Assembly (NCBI GenBank): GCA_003151795.1
Contig: PLYL01000006.1
Location: 1-54,300, forward strand
DNA: 54,300 nt
Direction of reading: 5' to 3'
Source: Candidatus Yanofskybacteria bacterium
GTDB taxonomy: Bacteria; Patescibacteriota; Minisyncoccia; 2-02-FULL-40-12; GWA2-44-9
The notes under the pieces: model-generated
What the model was told of the DNA's origin: nothing
Database searches by the model: none
The model's input: only the letters and a program-made list of their open reading frames with translations
Made by a program: the position numbers and the translations under genes
In this document: positions 41,162 to 48,883 of the stretch, one piece after another
How positions within the stretch are numbered: the stretch's first letter is position 1
Layout: each line of letters starts with the position of its first letter

Positions 41162-43858
41162 TTAGTTTTTACGGTGATAAGGCGCATTAATCATCCCACA
41201 TTTCTTATACTTATAAACTTGACCAGTAGCTGGATTAATCGCGCCACAAGGGCAAGGGTCATTGCGACCAATATTGTCTTCGGCGGTGTTGTAGACGACA
41301 GTGGTGCGTTCAGATTCTTTCTCAACGATAGTCTCCCCTTCTATATTAGCTCGACCTTCGATGGCTTTGGGACGTTCTGGTTGGCGCATCATGCTGACTT
41401 TAAATATCGCATCGACAACCTGAGCTTTGATGGTCTCAAGGAGCTGGGCAAACATACGCTGACCCTCGACTTTGTATTCCGCAAGCGGATCACGCTGACC
41501 ATAGGCTCGTAAACGGACGGAACCACGGAGATATTCCATATCGGAAATATGCTCAACCCAAATGTCATCGATAGTGCGAAGCATGACTAATTTCTCGAGC
41601 ATGCGCATCTGGTCGACACCGAGTTCTTCTTCACGCAAAACGTAACGCTTCGCGATATATTCATGCGAAAGCGTACGCAAACTTTCAACATCGCGATTTT
41701 CAGCAATCTCGGTTATTTTTTGACCAATATCAGAGCCAGCACCCACAATAGCTTCAAAGCCAGTGATTAATTCCTTTGAGTCCCATTCGTGACCGGCAGT
41801 ATGGAATTGAATCATGCGGTCAACGACATCGGTAATATATCCTTCGATGAGAGGTTTGGAACTTTCATCAAACAAAACCTGGCGGCGCAAACCATAGACG
41901 GTCTCGCGCTGTTTGTTCATGACGTCGTCGTATTCGAGAATATATTTGCGCGAGTCGAAGTTGTAACCCTCGATGCGCGTCTGGGCCTGCTGGATGGCGT
42001 TAGAGACGAATCGGTTTTCAATCACATCGTCTTCGCCAACGCCCAAGCGTTCCATGATGTTTTTGAGGCTGTCGCCGCCGAAACGCCGAACCAGCTCGTC
42101 TTCGGTCGAAACGAAAAATTGGGACGAACCCGGATCGCCCTGGCGGCCGGCCCGGCCCCGCAACTGGTCGTCAATTCGGCGGGCTTCATGACGCTCGGTG
42201 CCGATGACATGCAAACCGCCCAGGCCGATGACTTTTTCCTGCATGGCCTTATCGGGCGGATTGCCGCCCAGGATAATATCCACCCCGCGCCCGGCGATGT
42301 TGGTGGCGATGGTCACGGAGCCGTGCCGGCCGGCTTGGGCATGGAGCTCGGCTTCTTTTTCGTGGTTCTTTGCATTTAATAAAGTGTGGGGCACGCCCTC
42401 GCGCTGAAGCATCAAGGACAAGTATTCGTTCTTATCAATCGAAACCGTCCCGACCAGCACCGGCTGGCCGGTGGCATTACGGGCTTTGATTTCTTGGACG
42501 ATGGCGCGGAACTTGCCGGCTTCGTTTTTGAAAATCTTGTCGGGCAAGTCTTTGCGGATGTTTGGCCTATTTGTTGGAATGGTAATCGCGTCCAACTCGT
42601 AGACTTTATGGAATTCTTCGGCCGAACTCTGGGCGGTTCCGGTCATGCCGGCCAGTTTTTTATAGAGGCGGAAATAATTCTGAAACGTAATCGTAGCCAA
42701 GGTGCGGGATTCTTTTTGAATCTTGACGCCTTCTTTGGCTTCGACGGCTTGATGAAGACCCTCGGACCAGCGCCGGCCCGGCATCAACCGGCCCGTGAAT
42801 TCGTCGACGATAATCACTTCGCCGTCTTTGACGACGTAGTTCTGGTCCCGATGGAAAATAATCTGGGCTTTGAGCGCTTGCTCGAGATGGTGGACGTATT
42901 TGACCCCGCCTTCATCGTAGATATTCTTCACGCCCAGCAACTGCTCGACTTTCTCAATCCCAGTTTCGGTAATTGAAACCGCTTTTTCTTTGATATCAAC
43001 AGCGTAGTCTTCAATATCTTTTAATTTCGGCGCGATTTTGGCGAACGTCGCGTACAATTCGCCCGAATCCTCATCGGGCGCGGAAATAATCAACGGCGTG
43101 CGGGCTTCGTCAATGAGAATCGAGTCGACTTCGTCGACAATCGCGAAGTTATGCCCGCCCTCGTCGGCCGAGCGCTGGGACATCTGCTCCGGCGAATAGG
43201 CCATGTTGTCGCGCAAATAATCAAAACCGTATTCGTTATTCGTGCCGTAAGTAATATCGCAGGCGTAAGCCTGTTTTCGGGTAATGGGGCGAAGCAATTC
43301 GTGGACGACTTTGAAACCGCCTTCGGTGTCTTCTTCCTTATCTTGTTCTTTAGTGATATGCGAGGCGTCGTACTGATAGCTCGCTTCATGATTGATAGTG
43401 GCGACAGTCAAACCTAAAGCATCATAAATCTGGCCCATCCAAGCCGCGTCGCGCCGAGCCAGATAATCATTGACCGTAACCATATGCACACCCTGACCCG
43501 TCAGCGCGTTCAAATACACCGGCGCCGTGGCCACGAGGGTCTTACCTTCACCGGTCCGCATTTCTGTGATTGTCCCGCGATGCAAGGCAATCCCGCCAAC
43601 GAGCTGAACGTCATAGTGACGCTGACCCAAGGTGCGCTTAGACGCCTCGCGAACCGCGGCGAACGCTTCGGGCAATAAATCATCCAATGTCTCGCCGTCC
43701 ACGAGGCGTTTCTTGAATTCGGCCGTCTTTCCCTTCAATTGCTCATCCGAAAGCGCCACGAAATCTTTTTCGAGGTCATTAATCTTCTGAATTGTCGGAT
43801 CTAGGTCTTTGATGTACCTAGAATTTGCATCGCCGAATATTTTAGATATGAAAGACAT
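41162..43858 (-). CDS. secA: preprotein translocase ATPase SecA
   Basis: About 898 aa from ATG 43858 (MSFISKIFGD). It has DEAD-motor motifs and a C-terminal zinc-finger tail, CPCG...KYKKCG...H. Confidence 0.95.
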   Translation of the reverse strand: MSFISKIFGDANSRYIKDLDPTIQKINDLEKDFVALSDEQLKGKTAEFKKRLVDGETLDDLLPEAFAAVREASKRTLGQRHYDVQLVGGIALHRGTITEMRTGEGKTLVATAPVYLNALTGQGVHMVTVNDYLARRDAAWMGQIYDALGLTVATINHEASYQYDASHITKEQDKEEDTEGGFKVVHELLRPITRKQAYACDITYGTNNEYGFDYLRDNMAYSPEQMSQRSADEGGHNFAIVDEVDSILIDEARTPLIISAPDEDSGELYATFAKIAPKLKDIEDYAVDIKEKAVSITETGIEKVEQLLGVKNIYDEGGVKYVHHLEQALKAQIIFHRDQNYVVKDGEVIIVDEFTGRLMPGRRWSEGLHQAVEAKEGVKIQKESRTLATITFQNYFRLYKKLAGMTGTAQSSAEEFHKVYELDAITIPTNRPNIRKDLPDKIFKNEAGKFRAIVQEIKARNATGQPVLVGTVSIDKNEYLSLMLQREGVPHTLLNAKNHEKEAELHAQAGRHGSVTIATNIAGRGVDIILGGNPPDKAMQEKVIGLGGLHVIGTERHEARRIDDQLRGRAGRQGDPGSSQFFVSTEDELVRRFGGDSLKNIMERLGVGEDDVIENRFVSNAIQQAQTRIEGYNFDSRKYILEYDDVMNKQRETVYGLRRQVLFDESSKPLIEGYITDVVDRMIQFHTAGHEWDSKELITGFEAIVGAGSDIGQKITEIAENRDVESLRTLSHEYIAKRYVLREEELGVDQMRMLEKLVMLRTIDDIWVEHISDMEYLRGSVRLRAYGQRDPLAEYKVEGQRMFAQLLETIKAQVVDAIFKVSMMRQPERPKAIEGRANIEGETIVEKESERTTVVYNTAEDNIGRNDPCPCGAINPATGQVYKYKKCGMINAPYHRKN

Positions 43859-43878
43859 AATTGATTTATTCGCGCCTG

Positions 43879-43955
43879 CCCCGTCACTAAACGAGCATCT
43901 TTTCTGAAGCCTCATGCGTAAGCATGTATTGGCTTATGCTCGTTTTAGTGCGGGG
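43879..43955 (-). repeat. type-1 palindromic element, short form (77 nt)
   Basis: Arms CCCCGTCACTAAACGAGCAT (43879-43898) and ATGCTCGTTTTAGTGCGGGG (43936-43955). A second stem is AAGCC/GGCTT. The element lies 20 nt upstream of the secA ATG. Confidence 0.75.
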
Positions 43956-44026
43956 TCCCCAAAGATACTAGATAAAAACGCCATAATTTAGCTATTCTAG
44001 CATTATTTTCTACTAAAATATATAGT

Positions 44027-44056
44027 TTGACAAATATGTAAATGTTATGTTATAAT
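44027..44056 (+). promoter_or_regulatory. near-consensus promoter of ORF 44099-44629
   Basis: TTGACA, 18-nt spacer, TATAAT. An AGAGAGG SD lies 7 nt before the ATG. Confidence 0.6.
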
Positions 44057-44098
44057 TCACACGTTACTTAACCTGTTCATTACAAAGAGAGGTACCTA

Positions 44099-44629
44099 AT
44101 GTTGAAGCTTTTTTGGGAGTGTCTGACCGTCTGGTCGGTGCCCCCGACATCGCTTCAGGGGGCACAGGCAATCATTGTACATGCAGCCGGGGAGAACAGC
44201 CCGACCGACCCGGGCGATGTAAATCGCTACAATGCCGAGATTGTTAGGAACTTGTACCAAAGGTTCAAAATTCCGGTAATAGTCCAGGGTGAAATCGCCC
44301 CATGCCTCAAGGACATTCCCTTGTTTGCAGTGAGTCACCTCCAGGCCGAAGTCACGCCTAACTATCTGGAGTCAGAGGACATCGTGCTTTGGCACAAGGA
44401 GGAGTGCGATCGGATCGGTGCCACAAAAGTGATTCTTGTCTCGTATGGCAACCACTACTGGAGAGCGATGAAAGCGACTGAAAAAGTCGGCCTCATTGTC
44501 CTCGTACCGGAAGGGATAGCGTATGTCCACGACTCACGCAACAGCCAATGGTGGGCAAAGTACGAAACCCCGAATCGGTTCTATGAGGTTGCTCAAAGAT
44601 TCCGGTACCTAAAGAAAGGCTGGATCTAG
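44099..44629 (+). CDS. hypothetical protein, possibly DUF218/YdcF-like
   Basis: AIIVHAAG...ATKVILVSYGNHYWRAMKA resembles the DUF218 pattern. Confidence 0.35.
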   Translation: MLKLFWECLTVWSVPPTSLQGAQAIIVHAAGENSPTDPGDVNRYNAEIVRNLYQRFKIPVIVQGEIAPCLKDIPLFAVSHLQAEVTPNYLESEDIVLWHKEECDRIGATKVILVSYGNHYWRAMKATEKVGLIVLVPEGIAYVHDSRNSQWWAKYETPNRFYEVAQRFRYLKKGWI

Positions 44630-44630
44630 C

Positions 44631-44671
44631 GCCCGCAACAGAGTTGAACTCTGTTGCGGGCGTCGTTTTTT
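44631..44671. terminator. bidirectional terminator between ORF 44099-44629 and hpf
   Basis: GCCCGCAACAGAGT-TGA-ACTCTGTTGCGGGC, then GTCGTTTTTTA. Confidence 0.75.
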
Positions 44672-44996
44672 ATTTACTAGGCTTGCGAGACAAGTCTTTT
44701 TTCTTTTCTTTGAGCTTTTTGATTTGGAGATGGAGTTCGTCGCGAGCTTCGTCGATGGCGGTGCGGAGATCCTTGTGGGTCGCTTCGCCGCGCAAGAGCG
44801 CGCCGCCGACTTTTAGATTTACTTCGGCATAAAATACGGGACCAGAACGATGGCGGAGCGAAGGCTTGCCGATTTCCACACTCGCACTGACTGGGCCCTT
44901 CTGAATAAACCTCTCGAGACTGCCTATCTTCTGTTCCGTAAATACCCGCAACGGCGCGTCGAGGGTGATGTTTTTGGCGGTAATATTTATTTTCAT
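44670..44996 (-). CDS. hpf: ribosome hibernation promoting factor (short HPF/RaiA)
   Basis: MKINITAKNITLDAPLRVFTEQKIGSLERF... is typical of HPF. 108 aa. Confidence 0.85.
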   Translation of the reverse strand: MKINITAKNITLDAPLRVFTEQKIGSLERFIQKGPVSASVEIGKPSLRHRSGPVFYAEVNLKVGGALLRGEATHKDLRTAIDEARDELHLQIKKLKEKKKDLSRKPSK

Positions 44997-45066
44997 CCCG
45001 TTAGAAGTTGCCAGCCCGAGGCCCTGCGGACTGCACTCAAAGTGCAGGCTGGACTCTAAACGGGAC
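44995..45066 (-). repeat. type-2 start-codon-abutting hairpin element (72 nt)
   Basis: TCCCG/CGGGA and CCAGCC/GGCTGG stems enclose a CTGCAC-n5-GTGCAG hairpin. The element ends at the hpf ATG (44996-44994). Confidence 0.75.
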
Positions 45067-45107
45067 AGGTCGTATTTCCCTCATCATACCCCTCGTGTTT
45101 ATAAAAG

Positions 45108-45134
45108 AAAGAGGGACGCGGCGCGTCCCTCTTT
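45108..45134 (-). terminator. intrinsic terminator after the 21-codon ORF
   Basis: In - sense: AAAGAGGGACGCG / CGCGTCCCTCTTT, then CTTTTAT. Confidence 0.65.
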
Positions 45135-45142
45135 CGAACAAT

Positions 45143-45208
45143 CTATCTCTTTCTCTTCTTGGTTGCTTTCTTTTTGCCTTTTTTTGCGGCTTTGCGTTTC
45201 TTTGCCAT
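45143..45208 (-). CDS. 21-codon polybasic mini-ORF (speculative)
   Basis: ATG 45208 to TAG 45143 encodes MAKKRKAAKKGKKKATKKRKR. A strong terminator follows. No SD is visible. Confidence 0.25.
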   Translation of the reverse strand: MAKKRKAAKKGKKKATKKRKR

Positions 45209-45367
45209 AGATTTATTTTTGAAGACAATAATCTTTTTTGTAAAAAATTATTTTCCCCATCATTCCTTACGATTTTTAGAATAACAGTCGACCGTCTGTT
45301 TTCATTGCCTTAATTTTAAAACTAATAAAATAATTTTGATAATAAAAAAGTTGATAAGTCTAAAAAG

Positions 45368-47044
45368 TTATTGGGTGATGTCGGGACCGATTTTATAAAA
45401 ATTGGATTCGAGATTGTTCACGATAAAAACAGAATTCCAATCGCGATAGGAATCGGTGAAATGCTGGGCGGTCATGTTGAGCCAATGCTTCGTGCCGTCG
45501 GGCCAAACCGCGTAAACCTTTTTCTCGTCTATCGCGCGAATATAGTTGGAAGGCATATACGATTGAAATATTCCTTCAGGAACCGTAATAGCAGTGGAAG
45601 CATCGAGGCTGTAGAACTTTAAAACATCCAATGCAAGATAGCGTTTATAGGTTCCCCAGACGACATAGATGTCCGGCGTGCCGGCGTGGACGATTAACGA
45701 ACCGTCATTAAGCGCGGGCGCGAGGACGGCGGTTGTTTGAGGCTGGGTCGTGTATTGCATTGAGAGAACAATCGCGCTCGGAACTTCACTCGCACCGAAG
45801 TTGATTGTCTGATAATCATTTACCGGCATCAAGAGAAAACTTCCGGCGGCGGGCGGGATAATGATGTCGCCATTACTAACACGATGTTCAACCCCGGCGG
45901 CATCGGCGTAATACACCTGAAACCCGGAACCTTGCCAGCTGATTTTAATATTCTCGCCAGCGGCGGAAGAATCCGTCCTGAATTGATACCATGATGGTTG
46001 CCACGGCTTTAACGAATACGGATAAGAATTGGGGGCTTGAGCGGTAAGCTGTTCGGTGTCCGTCGGCGGGACATGGATTGTTTGCAGATTGGGATTCGCG
46101 TATCCGAACGCGGGATTTTGAGTCTGATTATTAAAATAGTTCGCCCACTCCCAATCGGCAAAGACATCGCTGAATTGTTCGTTGACTTGATGGCTGGTCA
46201 AATACTGGTTGATGGACGCAATACCGATGAGCGGACTCTGGCCCGTGTCGGCAAGGATGCTTGGCCCGAATCGGCCCGCGAGATATTGGCCAAATAATGT
46301 CGCCGAAGCGTAATCCAGATTCGTGTTCGGCCATTCAGTGAGACTGTCAATTGGATTACTTAAAAAGGTCTGCATCCTCTGGAAAAGGTCGGAGCCTTGA
46401 AAATTATCATTGTAGCCGACGAGCGTAATCGCGTATTGAGAGCGCAATTCATTTAACCAGGTATCTTCGGAAACATTGCGCAAAAGTTCTTTTTGATTAA
46501 ACGAGATGAGATGCTGAAACTCATGAGAAATAAATACCTTAAATTGGTTGGTGGCCACCGAGAGCACGTTCCCGGTAATCATTTCGCGCTGATTGCTGGT
46601 CGGGGCTTGGGTTACGGGATATTCATTCGTACTATCGAAGTAGCCGCCGGTCCCTTGATTGAGTCTCTCGAGCAGAATCGTAATTTTGGGATCGTTATCG
46701 ATGCCCGGGTTGGCTTCCGAGCCCCAAAAGGCAGTCTCTTTGGGGTAGACATTATTATCGAATTCCTGCGCCGAGGAAGTGATTTGCTGGTCGAACTGGG
46801 CGCGTTCAAACGGCCTTAGATTATTGAGATATGAATCTTCGACGTAAAAATAGGCGTGGGTGCTGACGTACTCCAGCGTGACCGGCACGCTGGTCCGGCC
46901 CGTGGCGTCATAGGCTTGATTCACGAAGAATGTGTGGTGCTCGCCGATGGTGTCCGCGAAAGCTTTGCCAGCGCCGAACTGGCCCAGCACAAGAACGGCT
47001 AGAACAATAAGCAAAATTCTGAAGCGAAATGATAAGCGATGCAT
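45368..47044 (-). CDS. secreted zinc metallopeptidase-like protein
   Basis: Signal peptide MHRLSFRFRILLIVLAVLVLGQFGAGKAFA and the HExxH motif HEFQHLI. Confidence 0.55.
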   Translation of the reverse strand: MHRLSFRFRILLIVLAVLVLGQFGAGKAFADTIGEHHTFFVNQAYDATGRTSVPVTLEYVSTHAYFYVEDSYLNNLRPFERAQFDQQITSSAQEFDNNVYPKETAFWGSEANPGIDNDPKITILLERLNQGTGGYFDSTNEYPVTQAPTSNQREMITGNVLSVATNQFKVFISHEFQHLISFNQKELLRNVSEDTWLNELRSQYAITLVGYNDNFQGSDLFQRMQTFLSNPIDSLTEWPNTNLDYASATLFGQYLAGRFGPSILADTGQSPLIGIASINQYLTSHQVNEQFSDVFADWEWANYFNNQTQNPAFGYANPNLQTIHVPPTDTEQLTAQAPNSYPYSLKPWQPSWYQFRTDSSAAGENIKISWQGSGFQVYYADAAGVEHRVSNGDIIIPPAAGSFLLMPVNDYQTINFGASEVPSAIVLSMQYTTQPQTTAVLAPALNDGSLIVHAGTPDIYVVWGTYKRYLALDVLKFYSLDASTAITVPEGIFQSYMPSNYIRAIDEKKVYAVWPDGTKHWLNMTAQHFTDSYRDWNSVFIVNNLESNFYKIGPDITQ

Positions 47045-47209
47045 GTTTAACGTGTACGTTTAGGAATTGATTTTATTATATCATTATTAGGAGTAATATA
47101 AGCGTAAAGGTTCTATGGGTACCCGCCGGCTACTGCCGCAGGGCACTGCGCTCCCCTTCGGTCGCTTGTTGCATTATTCTAAAAATATGGTATTATAGAC
47201 GCATCGTCT

Positions 47210-48520
47210 ATGCGTAAACCCACTCTCTTATTCATCGATATCGTCCTTCTCTACGGCTCCCTTTTGGCCATGCTGGCCTTGCGTTATCATGGCCATTTTT
47301 ACGAAGAATACCAAGTCCACTTTCTTCCGTTTAGTATCATCTTCATCATCTGGCTCATTGTCTTTTACATTGTCAATCTCTATGACCCGCGCACTCTTCG
47401 CAACGGCATCTATTTTTATTCCCGACTTTTTGAAGCCATCATTGTCGCCTCTATCGTCTCGATAAGCTTTTTCTACCTAATCCCTTTCTTCGGGATTGCC
47501 CCAAAGACCAACCTGGCCTTATTCATCGCCATCTTTGCCGTGCTAGAATTTGGCGGCCGCTCTCTTTTTAATAATATCGCCGAAACAAAATTTAAAAAAC
47601 TGACTCTCGTCGTCGGCGATAATATCCAGACCCGGGAATTAGCCGAATTTATCAAAGAAAATCCCCAGCTGGGCTACGCGCTCCTCGAAATCATCGACGC
47701 CCGAGAAATCTCCCGCCTTAAAGAGGCTCTGCTGACTCCGAATTTGGATACGATCGTCATCAGCCCCGACGCGTACCATCTTTCGGAAATTACCAACACT
47801 TTCTACAAAGCGTTGGACCGGAAAATAAATTTTTACAGCCTGGCCACGTTTTATGAACGGCTGACGGGCCGGGTCCCGCTCGACGCGATTGACCAAATTT
47901 GGTTCCTGGAAAATTTGAGCGAAGGCAACAAGCGCGCTTATGAAACGCTCAAGCGCGCCGGCGACATCGTGTTCGGATTTATTTTTGGAACCATTTCGCT
48001 TATTTTTTATCCCTTTGTCATCTTGGCGATGAAACTCGATTCGCGGGGCCAGACTTTTTATATCCAGATTAGAATCGGCCAGCACGGCAAAACATTCAAG
48101 CTCATAAAATTCCGAACCATGATTCCCGACGCCGAATCAAAAACGGGCGCGCTGTGGTCGCCGGACAACGATCCGCGCGTCGGCCAAGTCGGACGATTTT
48201 TGAGAAAGACCCGACTTGACGAAATCCCCCAGTTTTGGAATATCGTCCGCGGTGAAATGTCACTGGTCGGTCCGCGGGCTGAACGGCCGGAATTCCACAA
48301 CACGCTTAAAAACGAAGTGCCTTTCTATGAAGAACGCTACCTTATCAAGCCGGGCCTTTCCGGCTGGGCCCAGATTAATTACCCTTACGGCGCTTCCGTC
48401 AAAGACGCGGCTGAAAAACTAAAGTATGACTTGTATTATATAAAGAACCGCTCTTTTTTGCTCGACCTTGGAATTATTCTCAAGACTATTCGAACAGCCC
48501 TCTCTCAAGCAGGCAAGTAA
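47210..48520 (+). CDS. polyprenyl-phosphate sugar phosphotransferase (WbaP/EpsB-like bacterial sugar transferase)
   Basis: N-terminal TM helices and a C-terminal catalytic domain with DEIPQFWNIVRGEMSLVGPRAERPEF. Confidence 0.85.
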   Translation: MRKPTLLFIDIVLLYGSLLAMLALRYHGHFYEEYQVHFLPFSIIFIIWLIVFYIVNLYDPRTLRNGIYFYSRLFEAIIVASIVSISFFYLIPFFGIAPKTNLALFIAIFAVLEFGGRSLFNNIAETKFKKLTLVVGDNIQTRELAEFIKENPQLGYALLEIIDAREISRLKEALLTPNLDTIVISPDAYHLSEITNTFYKALDRKINFYSLATFYERLTGRVPLDAIDQIWFLENLSEGNKRAYETLKRAGDIVFGFIFGTISLIFYPFVILAMKLDSRGQTFYIQIRIGQHGKTFKLIKFRTMIPDAESKTGALWSPDNDPRVGQVGRFLRKTRLDEIPQFWNIVRGEMSLVGPRAERPEFHNTLKNEVPFYEERYLIKPGLSGWAQINYPYGASVKDAAEKLKYDLYYIKNRSFLLDLGIILKTIRTALSQAGK

Positions 48521-48527
48521 AAAGCGA

Positions 48528-48553
48528 CGCGGGAGTCTCTTCAGACTCCCGCG
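48528..48553. terminator. hairpin shared by convergent genes; the U-tract is only in - sense
   Basis: CGCGGGAGTCT-CTTC-AGACTCCCGCG. In - sense it is followed by TCGCTTTTTA. Confidence 0.6.
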
Positions 48554-48565
48554 GTATCGCAAGAC

Positions 48566-48754
48566 CTACCGAATCGGAATCGCTCCGCGGACCGGAGCCT
48601 GTGCTTCTTCGTCTGGTTCATCCTGAGTACCACGGACAGAAAAACAACCAGAACGGCGAGCGAACATTTCTCGAGCGACCTTTTGTCCACGCTGTGTCTG
48701 AAGAGCGGTCTTGTCAGCGATACGAGAACTTCTGGATTTTTCTGACTTATCCAA
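48566..48754 (-). CDS. small hydrophilic hypothetical protein (TTG start)
   Basis: A GGAGGTG SD lies 7 nt upstream of TTG 48754. 62 aa. A terminator follows. Confidence 0.4.
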   Translation of the reverse strand: MDKSEKSRSSRIADKTALQTQRGQKVAREMFARRSGCFSVRGTQDEPDEEAQAPVRGAIPIR

Positions 48755-48883
48755 TCTCTCACACCTCCGTGAAAGGGGAACTAACTTAATAATAAAATAT
48801 TTTTATCAATCGGAGAACAAAAAACTGTTTATAACTCTAAAAATAAAAAACTAGTCCGCTAAGCCGGGCTAGTTTTTTATTTT

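Noticed and set aside
48541-48762. Track ORF 48541-48762 (73 aa, GTG start) is an alternative to the ORF at 48566-48754.
   Set aside because: Its GTG lies 1 nt after the GGAGG, which is too close. The TTG-initiated frame has the ideal 7-nt spacing and ends just before the terminator.
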